Shown in pieces: positions 53,642-64,000 of a stretch of 64,000 nucleotides of DNA. A program made the translations under genes and the position numbers. The notes beneath the pieces were generated by a model that saw only the letters and a list, made by a program, of their open reading frames with translations, was not told where the DNA came from and did not search any database. The stretch is from positions 23,983,101 to 24,047,100 of the forward strand of contig NC_061519.1 of NCBI RefSeq assembly GCF_022379125.1, written 5' to 3'. Position 1 is the first letter of the stretch. Every line of letters starts with the position of its first letter. The DNA comes from Scophthalmus maximus (lineage: Eukaryota).

Positions 53642-55839
53642 GAACTAGCTCCTCTCCACTCGTTTTGTACAGATGTCTCTAAACTCCTTGGTCTTGAATC
53701 GCGGGGCACCGATGCCCCGTCTGCATTGAGACTGACGACGTCTTTAGATGAGAATGTTTTTTTTGTTGTTGTTTTTTTTTTTCAAAGAGCCACCACAGCA
53801 GCACCTGCATCCCCCCCGAGATATGGACAATCTTGCCTTCTACTCTGGTATAAGAGACAAATTGAATTTTTATTTATTAAAATTGTAAATATGTAATGCA
53901 ATTCAAGAAAAATGGCTTTTGGTCTCTGTCTGTTCAATATACTGTTTCTAAGCTCCAATCTTTTGTATGTCTCAGAAATGGTTTTTTATATGTATTTTTT
54001 ACAATAAATATGTGTGCGAGATGTTTTGTGAACGTCTTTGTTTTGTGTCTCTGATTGTCGGTGACGTGTTTGTGGTCGTTTGTGGAGCAGAAGTAATGGT
54101 GGAAATTCTCACTTTTCACTCAGCCCGTTTGCACAGGGAGGGACCTTTTTTCTTTCTTTCTTTCCTCATTTCAAACCATCAAAAAGTGAAAGCCGGCGTA
54201 ACAAATGACACCCACATTTAAACACAAGGAGTTTTTATCGCAGAGCCTCCTCAAGCACAACACTGTCGTCGTTCTCTGACACGAGTGATCCAGCTGAACA
54301 AGGTAACAGGTATTCTACGATTTTAATTCATTGACAGCAAACATTTGAATAATCTTAATCCACTATTATCTCATCATGCAGTTGATGAAGTTTGGGGTTT
54401 TATTTGCTGTAAGTTTTGAGATCTCTGGTAGCAGATGTCTCAGGGATGGAAACATCAAAATTTGAAAAAAAGATTTGGGTGAACTGATTTTAAGTGTTCG
54501 GAGTCAGAGCAGCGAGTGTAACTGTAATAATTAATCTTTTGGACTTCATTTTTTTTTATAAATTTTTTCATTCTAATTCTACAGTAAATCAAAGGGAATA
54601 CGACTCTGTGCCCTAAATAATAATCGACATGTCTCTGTTCACTGTGTGTCGCTTCCTCCAAGAACAGGAACTTAAACGTTAAGATAAAATGAACTAGATT
54701 TAAAATAACATCTCTGCAAAACAATGGGCTTAAAATATAAATAAAATGTACAAAATATACAAATCAAAACATCAGTGATGTTACGATTAAACTGAACACG
54801 TTTGCACGAACGGGTAAATTGCTCGTTTTAAGGGTTTAGTACAGTGAGCTATGGTGAATGTAAATCTACCAGATGTTAATATACAGTATAGTTTTATATT
54901 TCACTGCAGACACATGTCACAGGTGGAAATAATAAAATCCTGTTTCCAAAAATAAAAAATTCAACCTTTAATAAATGTGAATAGTTCAATACACAAATCC
55001 AAAGATGATAAAGTTTTTAAACTGAATGATATGACGCAAAAAGAGGTTCCCACAATGTTCGCTGCTCTCAAGAGAAGCTCGAGTTCCACTTCCTAATGTT
55101 TATTATGCTCTTGAGCAACGAGTATGCAGCAAGTCTGGTTGTGGTCAAACATTCAGAGCTGATGTAAGCCACCGGAATTATATTACAAAATATTATCATT
55201 ATATAAACATGGAGCGTCCCCACTTCTGCTTCTTTGCAGATGTAGGGACAATTTCATATCTTTTTTTTTCCGAACTTTTTTTAAAAACATATAACAGAAT
55301 ATTCCCTGACATTGGACATAAGGGAAAAATATATAATAATACTAATACAAATAATAAATAATGATACAAATATTAAATAAATCTAAATAAAATACAATAA
55401 GAATTGTGAAATGTATGTACGTACATACTCAGTTATACACATGTACATACAATCAACACAAATTAATAAATAGCTGATAAATTAAATTAAGCAGAATAAG
55501 TGAGAATTCACCCAAATGTTGCAGTGGAGCAGGTTCATTTACATAGAAACCTATGACCTTTCCTGTGAATCTCATCCAATGTAATATGTTACATCAACAC
55601 ATTGCATCTTATTGGACACTCAGGTATTGTGTGACCATCTTTGAATGAAAGTATAAAAAATATCTTTCATTTTTTATTGTATAGTTTTCACTTCTGATTC
55701 TGCTCCCATTCTTAAAGAACTTGTTTTTTATTTATTTTTCTCCTTACTGGCTTTTTAATTTGCTCTGTCTTTCCCCTCATTTCTCTACTTTCTCTTTTTG
55801 CGAACTCCTTGGTTCTAAAAACACGATTGGGATGCTGAA

Positions 55840-56151
55840 ATGACTGAACCTCGTCTTTGGCCCCCAGTTCCCTCCACAATGTCCGACATGGCCGTCACAT
55901 CCAAGGAGACGCAGGACGCCCCTGGCTCCGACACGTCTGCCCCACCACCACCACCATACTCTTACCAAGGGCAGCAGCCTCCGCCCTACACCACAGACCC
56001 CGCGATGTACTTTCCACCCAAGACTGAGGCGACCTGCATCAACCAGCCAGGCGCTGGGTACATTTGCCCAGAAGCCCAGTGGGACGAGACTCCCATCCCA
56101 GCCTCTTCCTCATTCGACGACAAGACAGTGAGAAGAGCATTTGTTCGAAAG
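55840..56151 (+). CDS. TMBIM-family protein (Bax-inhibitor/Lifeguard family, GRINA/TMBIM1-like), exon 1: Pro/Tyr/Gln-rich N-terminus ending ..DDKTVRRAFVRK
   Basis: Matches the conserved pre-TM1 motif D(D/E)(K/R)x(I/V)R(x)AFIRKV of GRINA and TMBIM1. Donor gtttg follows. The alternative start ATGTCCGAC at 55879 is possible. Confidence 0.6.
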
Positions 56152-57213
56152 GTTTGTTTTCTGAGTTTGGTTTTGTTTTTGGCTACTAATCTCCAGAATA
56201 TCTGCAGTTATTCAAAACAAAAAAAAATGATTTTACAGTATTTGGTGTTTCACGTCTTCTCACGGGAGCCCTCTTCTTAAAACAAACTTCCCAACCTGAA
56301 GACGGGGCCCAAATAACAGGGGGTTTGAGATGATTAACAGATGCTTTTGATGTTTATTGATGAATATAAACTAATATGACCTGTAGAAATTATTATTATT
56401 ACTATTAAAATACACCAATCTGAGGAAGAACAAAATAAATCATAGATATATGCAGCCTGTTAAAAGAGGCCTGTAGTTTCAGGGGTCAGAGGGTCGAAAA
56501 GGTCAGGAACCATTGTCTCGCACAAATGAGCCAAAACTATGAATCATGACAAGAAAAAATCACGTTGATTCAAAAGCCATCTATTAAGTAAAGAAGGAGA
56601 AGGGATTCTAATTATTGCGTCAAGCAAAGTATCTGCCCTGAGGATTATTGAGCTGATCAAGGTGACGTGTCAGGATAATGGTAAAATGTCCCTGTTTCTA
56701 TATCTAAGTTACATTTTTTTCAGGCACGAATGGAAACCATCTTAGTTTTTAAAGCCATAGTATTTTCCAGCTTAATGATAGTTAAATAAAAAAGAGAAAT
56801 TACACAGATTTTCCTTTTTGGGTGACAAGAAAAAATCATGTCTTGATTTTGGAAGACGTACCGAGTTGAGTTTCTTAAAACGGCCCTGGGACTTGACACC
56901 TTTGTCAAGAAGGGTTTCTGGAGAGTGAACTCAAGTGTCATGCAGCCTAGAAAGCACACGAATAATCATACATTCTTATTTTTAATCAGTTAAGTGCTTC
57001 ATTTTTCCGACATGAAAGTGCTTTCCTTCCCACGAAAGGTCACATATCATGTGTATCATTCTCAAATCAAAAAAACGTTTCCCTTTGTTCTTAAAATCCA
57101 TGAAAATCTTAAGCGTTATGCATATTACTATTTTTAAAACACAAGGACCTTTCGCCGCAGCTCACTTATTAATGAAACTCTTCTCCCCCCGCCCCCCCCC
57201 CTCCGCCGTGCAG

Positions 57214-57414
57214 GTGTTCTGCATCCTGACGCTGCAGCTGCTGTTCACCTTCAGTGTGGTGTGTGTGTTCACCTTCTCCAGCGTGGTCAAGGAGGCGGTG
57301 CAGACCAACCTGTGGGCTTACCTCAGCTCCTTCATCGTCTTCGCTGTGGTCGCCATCACCCTGAGCTCCTGCAAGTCCGTCAGCCGCCGTCACCCCTGGA
57401 ACATAGTGGGACTG
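57214..57414 (+). CDS. TMBIM-family exon 2 (VFCILTLQLLFTFSVVCVFTFSSVVKEAVQTNLWAYLSSFIVFAVVAITLSSCKSVSRRHPWNIVGL)
   Basis: Aligns with GRINA [60 protein letters not shown]. Acceptor ccgccgtgcag and donor gtgagt. Confidence 0.75.
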
Positions 57415-57844
57415 GTGAGTAGAAGTGAAATGTGTTGGTCAAGTCCTTGTGCTGCTGCCACATCAGCTAAATGCTGCTCAGTAAAAAGCTCTTAACAGGA
57501 ATACCACCCAAGTAGTAGTCAAAGTATTTAATTCAAAAAGATTTTTTCGTTAAGTGTACATGGAAAACATCTCAGTTTAGACCTCTCTTGGGATCTGAAG
57601 ATGTATAAATAGATTTTGTTTGCCTCTGTAGGGAAATCGGTTTGCACTTAGAAACACTCACAAGGGCCGTTTTTCCACACACACACCAACAAAACAAAAA
57701 CCAAAACAATCAACAGACCGAACCAATTGTTAAATCTTAAAACTTGGATTTTTTTTGTGATGAACAAAGTTCTATCTTCATCTAATATATCAGCGAGGGA
57801 GGGAAAATATATTTAAAATGCTCAAGTTTTTTTTATCCCGACAG

Positions 57845-57973
57845 GTCGTGGTCACCCTGAGCATGTCGTACATGGTGGGAACCATCGCCTCATTCCACGA
57901 CACCACCGCTGTTGTCATCACTATAGGAGCGACGCTGGCGATCACTCTGGCAATCATTGCTTTCTCAGCACAG
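57845..57973 (+). CDS. TMBIM-family exon 3 (VVVTLSMSYMVGTIASFHDTTAVVITIGATLAITLAIIAFSAQ)
   Basis: Aligns with GRINA [44 protein letters not shown]. Confidence 0.75.
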
Positions 57974-58295
57974 GTCAGTCGACCGGGCTCACATTCTTCT
58001 AAATGTCCCCGTCAAGTAATGTGCATGGTTTTCAGGATCCGTTTTTTGGCCTTCTATGGCACGCAACTCTAACATCACCAGGACAACCGCTCAAAAATTG
58101 TATCCAAGGAAGAAGAAGAAGAGGGAAGTGTAGCGCTGAAACGATTAGATGATTCCTGTACTAGTCGACGCAAACTGACAGACATTTTTAATTCAGTTCA
58201 GAGAGATTATTAAATGTATCTGTAGTTTCAGCTCTCGACTTAATTAATGTGTAACCTATTGAAATTGATCATAAATGTCTTTGTTCCATTTGCAG

Positions 58296-58439
58296 ACCCG
58301 TTATGATTTCACTATATGTTACGGGGTTCTGCTGATTCTGGCCGTGGACCTGATCATGTTCTGCGTCTTCTGCACATTCTACTACTCCTACGTCGCAGAC
58401 GTCGCCTACGGATGTCTGGGAGCTCTTCTGTTTTCACTG
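58296..58439 (+). CDS. TMBIM-family exon 4 (TRYDFTICYGVLLILAVDLIMFCVFCTFYYSYVADVAYGCLGALLFSL)
   Basis: Aligns with GRINA [41 protein letters not shown]. Confidence 0.75.
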
Positions 58440-58556
58440 GTACACTATATACACCATGATCATTAATATATTGTCTACAGGAGCTCACACTTATTCTAAA
58501 AACTGAAGTTTTTTGTAAATGAGTACATTAAATGCAATTGTGCGTCTAAAAAACTA

Positions 58557-58904
58557 AGGCTGCAACTAACGATTATTTTCATAATCGATTAATCTGTCGG
58601 TTGTTTTCTCGATTTAACCGATTAGTTGCTTGGTTCAAAAGATGTCATAAAATGGTGAAAAATGACGATCGTGTTTCCCAAATCCTACCATGATGTTTTG
58701 TTCTGTCCACACACCAAAGATATTTAGTTTACTGTCATATAGGAGCAAAGAAACCAGAAAATATTCAGATTTAAGAAGATGAAATCAGAGAATTTACTTT
58801 TTTTTCATAAAAACTACTTGAACCAATTAATCGACTATCAAAATAGTTGGGGATTAATTTAGTAATCATTAACTAATCGATTAATTGATTAACTGTTGCA
58901 GCTC
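58557..58904. mobile_element. MITE / non-autonomous DNA transposon (TIRs GGCTGCAACTAACGATTA.. / ..TAATCGATTAATTGATTAACTGTTGCAGC) in TMBIM intron 4
   Basis: Clear terminal inverted repeats of ~25 bp. The AT-rich body has cgattaatcgat palindromic blocks. The family is recognisably a common teleost interspersed repeat, and two further copies lie in this window. Confidence 0.55.
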
Positions 58905-59208
58905 TACAAAAAACATTAATATTATTGGTAATAACAGCCCAGTGAAATATAATATGACAATATAACTCTTACAGGGGCCTCACCTTAACTATTGCTGTTA
59001 CTACTTTTCTATTTTTACTTGGTACTTTTACTAAGTTTTGAAAGTATTTATGTACTATTCAACTGTGTATTGCTACTTACTTGGCTGAAGCCAAAACAGT
59101 TACATGAATTTCAGCCACTTTGAATTGTTTTCCTGCTGTGACGTGTGAAAGCGTCTTTCTTACCCTGTCTGTCCTGAATCCTTGTCTCCTCCTCTCCCTC
59201 CCTCCCAG

Positions 59209-59343
59209 TTCCTGTTGGTCGACTGTCAGCTCATGATGGGCGCCATGAGCTACCGCCTGGATCCCGAGGAATACGTCAATGCTGCTCTCATGCTCTACCT
59301 CGACGTAGTCCTCATCTTCCTCTACCTACTGGGGAGGAAGTAA
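59209..59343 (+). CDS. TMBIM-family terminal exon (FLLVDCQLMMGAMSYRLDPEEYVNAALMLYLDVVLIFLYLLGRK*)
   Basis: Aligns with GRINA [46 protein letters not shown]. Stop codon TAA at 59341-59343. AATAAA at 59527-59532. Confidence 0.75.
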   Translation, partial: FLLVDCQLMMGAMSYRLDPEEYVNAALMLYLDVVLIFLYLLGRK

Positions 59344-60209
59344 TCTGTACACACACACACACACACACACAAACAGACCAACACTCCAAACTGTAGCCAT
59401 AGTGAAAAAATCTCCTTTATTATTACTGTAACGTATGTGATGTAACAGCTTCCTGTCTAAAGAGAAATTCAATCGATTTATGATTATCTGTTTTTACAGA
59501 CTCTCGTCTCTGTCTCAGTTTTACATGAATAAAAAAATGATGTTGAAGACGTTGTACTGAATTAATTTGTTGTTTTGGGATTTCATGTTGACCCAGAGTT
59601 AATGAAACAAACAAAAATACATTCATAAGCACCAACCAAAATGTTTTTTTTCATGTGCAACATGCACTTTAATATATAATAACGACGACATTCACAATAT
59701 AAAGCAACATAGAGAAATGTAGTCCTCAATGATCCATATGTTCTTCATATCATATCAATCCATCCTCACCTTTTAGAAAACAGTTTTTGTTTGTGTTCTT
59801 ATTATTTATTTTATTTACGGTGATGTGTTGAAGTAGCTTGTTTTATGTGACAAGCAGTTCTAAACCCAAAAGATGTTCAGTTTGATATCAGATATGAAAA
59901 GGAAAACAGCTAAAGTCTCACATTTGAGAAGCTGCATCCAACTCATTTTTGCCATTTTTCTCTTGAGAAAATTATCGAAACAGTTGTCGTTTAATATTCT
60001 GTGGATCAACCGATTGATAATTTCACTTATTGTTGACGCTCTACATGAGTAAACACTTCTGTTGTCCATCAAGTTCCAGCAGCAAAGTTCAGCTTTAACT
60101 TCCAATCCTCAAAGAGCAAGAGCTACACAGAATCCAAGCGAACACAAAGATTGACGAGGTGACGCCTCGTCCCTGCTCAGTGGAGACAAACCTCCCTCGT
60201 CGTTCAGCC

Positions 60210-60369
60210 TCACCACAGCGAGGAATAGTTGAAGCGGATCCGCAGCAGGTACCTCATGCGAGTCTGGGCCGGGTTGTAGACGATGAACTCGTTGTAGAGG
60301 AGGGAGTAACCGCTGTTTTTACCCACCTTGGTCTTCACCCCGGGCCCCATTGGCACCTTGACACCGTCC
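60210..60369 (-). CDS. parp2: PARP2 terminal coding exon (..DGVKVPMGPGVKTKVGKNSGYSLLYNEFIVYNPAQTRMRYLLRIRFNYSSLW*)
   Basis: Matches the PARP2 C-terminus (..LNYNEYIVYNPNQVRMRYLLKVQFNFLQLW). Acceptor ttttctcag on the minus strand. Stop codon rc TGA at 60210-60212. Confidence 0.75.
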
Positions 60370-61195
60370 CTGAGAAAAGACGGAGGTGGATGTGTTTAGA
60401 TGGATGAACTTCTCAGTGAGTCACATGTTTGAGCTCCCGAGAGAAAAATATTAAAAATTAGCCAGTAAAGAAAGATGTGGCTCAGATCGAGTGGATGATT
60501 GTTTCTGCCCAAAATCTGGAAAATCTCATCTAAAAAAATGTATATTATATATTTATTATTGGGAGTAAAAATAACAAACAACTACTGATTAACTTTTGAT
60601 TAATCTGACACTTGTTTCCTCTATCAACTGATTATTTTCCAACTCCATAAAATGTCAGAAAATGTTTGTTTTTTTGTAAATGTCTTTGTTGTGTTAGACC
60701 ATGAGGTCACAACCCAAAGAAACTTGGTTACAATCATAGAAAACTAAATGGCAAATGTTCACAGAATTTTGCCGTTTTTCTTAAAAATATTAACCAAAAT
60801 ATCAGCCTACATACAACAAACATTACAAAAAAATCATAAATGTTATATCTTTAATCTTGTCTTTTAGTTCATTTTCCTCTTTCCTCCTTTTCATCAACCT
60901 CCATTTTTCTTTATTAATGTCATTAACAACCCCCCTTTAAATAAATGTAACGATTTTTGTTGTGCAACATTTGAGCACCATTAAATCAATATTTGGCCTG
61001 TATGAAATGTTTCCACGGGTTGGGTTGTAACGGATTACATGTAATCAGATTACAAAAAAGAAGTAACTATAATCAGACAACATTATGTTTGAAAAAATGT
61101 GTAATTAGATTTAGTTTAAATGTCAAGGTCTCCAGGGTTACTTCATTACATTTTGATGATGTCTTTAAAATATGGCAATATTAAAATCACAATTT

Positions 61196-61198
<3 letters not shown>

Positions 61199-61234
<36 letters not shown>
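61199..61234. repeat. (AT)n microsatellite in a PARP2 intron
   Basis: Direct reading. Confidence 0.9.
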
Positions 61235-61236
<2 letters not shown>

Positions 61237-61618
61237 CTGTACATAACTCAACAGTATATAACTGTACTTTACTCCTCTCGGGTTGCCAGTTTTGTTGCAA
61301 GGTTTGTTTTGTAAATGCTAAATATGCTAATTGCATTTTATTTGTGTTGAAAATGTTTCTGAATATTTTCAAAGATTAATTTGTGAAACTCAAAATTTTG
61401 TGGTTGCGTCCATTTTTTTTGGGGGGGGGAGGGTATTGGGTGCAATATTTTCAAGCTTTAATTTTTAAGTAATCCAAAAGCATTCAGATTAGGTTACATT
61501 GTTTTTGTAATCCAATGGATTACGTTTATGATTACAAAAATTATCATGTACTTTGTATTCAGTAACTGACTACAGGTCAAAGTAATCTGACTGTTTCAGT
61601 GTAGTGAGGCAGACTAAC

Positions 61619-61743
61619 AGTGTGACGGAGTTCTGGGGGTCCGGTCCGGTCTGTCCCAGGCCCTTGGTGCTGTGTTTTCCAGTTGGCAGATTATTGGCCT
61701 CGTAGTCGGCATCTAGCAGCTCGTGACAGTCTCCCAGTGCAAC
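61619..61743 (-). CDS. parp2: PARP2 catalytic-domain exon (VALGDCHELLDADYEANNLPTGKHSTKGLGQTGPDPQNSVTL)
   Basis: Matches PARP2 (L)SEVALGQCNELLEANPKAEGLLQGKHSTKGLGKMAPSSAHFVTL. Donor gttagt leaves phase 2 (ct|g = Leu). The acceptor AG lies directly after the (TG)n tract, which is an unusual GT-rich 3' splice context. Confidence 0.65.
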
Positions 61744-61747
61744 CTGC

Positions 61748-62199
<452 letters not shown>

Positions 62200-62353
62200 C
62201 ACACTCAAGAAAGCACAGAAACTGAAACAGTGCTGCGTCACATCTGGGCCAAGTCCATCGTGTGATGTCCAAACCACATTTACATCAAACAGCCACTGGC
62301 AAATGAGACAAAACATTCCGTCGACTCCCACAGATAATATTCCGTTGACTCAC

Positions 62354-62452
62354 CTCACACAGCAGCAGCAGCCCGACGTGATTGTGCTGATTGGCAAAGC
62401 AGTAGTTGGCACTTTTGGACGACATGTCGGCAAAGTAGATCCCTTTGCCAAA
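62354..62452 (-). CDS. parp2: PARP2 catalytic exon ([33 protein letters not shown])
   Basis: Matches PARP2 [33 protein letters not shown]. Acceptor tttctttcatccag and donor gtgagt. Confidence 0.75.
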
Positions 62453-63200
62453 CTGGATGAAAGAAAGACAGGGAAATTACTGTCACTGTAGTAAAAGAAA
62501 TATTGCTGTAATGATTCTTTACAGTTTTTAGATAGCGAAGTATGTGTTGTTCCAAAAGACACCATTAACACAAGTCATATAAAGTTGTGTATTAAAGGGG
62601 CAGTATGCGATTTTGGAGAAAGCTTGTCTCTCTCTTTGTTGTTGTTAGCACCATTTGCTAGCACTTCTCTTAAAGCCCCAGTGTGTAATTTTTGTACTTT
62701 TCTGGCGGCATCTGGTGGTAAATATGCAAAACACAACCAATTTATCAACCGACAGGGGACACTTTATGGTGGCGCAGAGCTAATTCCATTTCCAGTTTCC
62801 GGCACCGCTGAAAATGCAATATGAATGCCAGGTATTCGGGAACGTTTTGTGCAACAACGGTATTCAACACGACGTAGCAAACATGGCGACTCACACGGAG
62901 GTCAGGTCCACCTCATGTAACTATATTTAACTCATTCATAGTTGAGGAAAAACATTGGTTCTTTGTTGAAGGTGATTCAATTTCTGTGAATAAGTACTTC
63001 TAAATATTACACACTGTAGCTTTAAGGTGTCGGGGAGTTTGTTTGTTTATTTGCATCCCCATTAGCTTCCTTTATTTTTGACTTGTATTTTTTTTAATGC
63101 AGAGGACTTGATTTTGAAACAAATATATATATTTTTATATATGAAAAAAAAGGATGGAGTGAAAAACATTACATGCATGTATTTTTTCTATCCGTCCTAC

Positions 63201-63300
63201 CATGTATCCAGTGACGGGAGCTTCCGGTGGGGCCACTCTGAGCCCCCGACTGAGGATGCCGACCCAGTTAGACAGACGGGAACCGTGCCACAGCAGAGTC
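63201..63300 (-). CDS. parp2: PARP2 catalytic exon ([33 protein letters not shown])
   Basis: Matches PARP2 [33 protein letters not shown]. Donor gtagga. Confidence 0.75.
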
Positions 63301-63442
63301 CTGGTACGGAGATGAATAAAACATGCACAGCAGAGTACCTGAAGAGTCGCTTATTGTAAAAAAAAATTATTGGCAACAACACCTAACAAGGCACATTTAA
63401 ACACAGCAGAGTAAACCAGCGATGGGGTCTAGCCGGTCTTAC

Positions 63443-63571
63443 CTGTTGTGTATCTGTGAGATGAAGTTGTGACTCTCCCCGTCTCTGTCCACTGAGAAGA
63501 CGTCGAGCAGGGTCATGGTGTAGTCCTGATGGGTGGGGGCGTGAGTGGAGTGAAGATACTTTTCTACAACC
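63443..63571 (-). CDS. parp2: PARP2 exon (..VVEKYLHSTHAPTHQDYTMTLLDVFSVDRDGESHNFISQIHN-R); the 5' boundary is approximate and the gene continues beyond 64000
   Basis: Matches the PARP2 region ..KKYLQSTHAPTH.DYTMTLLDLFEVEKDGE...HNR. Donor gtaaga with phase-2 carry-over (ag|g = Arg). Confidence 0.65.
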
Positions 63572-64000
63572 TTCGACACACAGAGACGAGGAGTGTTAAA
63601 CACGGTCTGAGCTTGTTGCTTGTAGAGATACAAGACAGAAATGTTGACCAGTGGTTCAGTTTCTGGAACGAAGCTTTAGCAGGAAGTGCACGCTGAATTT
63701 TATCGTACTTCACGGAGTATAAGGGCCACTTAAAGGAAGAAAAAAACAGGATTTTGGGGGGAAAAAAGTCAGTATCATGAGAATCAAGTCATAGTTTTCT
63801 GAGAAAAAGTCATTATATAAAAAAAATTATGTTGTAATTTTACAATAATTAAAGTTGTAATTTTTACGAGAGAAAGTCATAACATTATGAGAATCAAACG
63901 TAATTTTAGGCTACGTGTTGTTTCAGAGAGGGAATATCAGAAGATCAGTCTGTCGTCTGCATTAAAATTAGGAATGTGGAGCATCTTGTGAAGTTATACT

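Overview
This window is vertebrate nuclear DNA, most likely from a teleost fish, not a prokaryotic locus. It shows spliced multi-exon genes with GT-AG introns, abundant (CA)n/(GT)n microsatellites, CpG-island-like 5' ends and fish-type MITE copies. I found no CRISPR array, operon or phage-like system. Six protein-coding loci are supported by hand translation.
(1) An apolipoprotein L (ApoL) family gene, minus strand, about 2464-3843.
(2) An unidentified gene, minus strand, about 5451-17962. Its core is a tandem array of duplicated phase-0 mini-exon pairs that alternate a basic G-x-F-x-G-M-F-K-K module with an acidic Ser/Asp 'SELSGSSDN' module. It also has NPF motifs, a CpG-island 5' end, and nearly identical introns between the duplicated exons.
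(3) Telomerase-associated protein 1 (TEP1), minus strand, about 19871-42225. Its architecture is low-complexity N-terminus, TROVE, DUF4062-like, NACHT (P-loop GGAGEGKT) and many WD40 repeats.
(4) A ZNRF1/ZNRF2-family RING E3 ligase, plus strand, four coding exons at 45875-50316.
(5) A TMBIM-family gene (GRINA/TMBIM1-like Bax-inhibitor family), plus strand, five coding exons at 55840-59343.
(6) The 3' half of PARP2, minus strand, with exons from 63571 down to the stop codon at 60210; the gene runs off the right edge.
PARP2 and TEP1 are neighbours at human 14q11.2, so their co-occurrence here supports both calls.
Structures not explained by the gene models:
- An exact ~627-bp tandem duplication carrying an internal ~40-bp AT-rich minisatellite, abutting the ZNRF-like 5' end.
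- A ~96-97% identical inverted-repeat pair of about 280 bp plus a (GT)n/(CA)n tract, 8.3 kb apart, bracketing the TMBIM gene and the last PARP2 exon.
- Three copies of a MITE family with GCTGCAAC...GTTGCAGC terminal inverted repeats.
All coordinates come from hand translation and are approximate to a few bases at splice sites.
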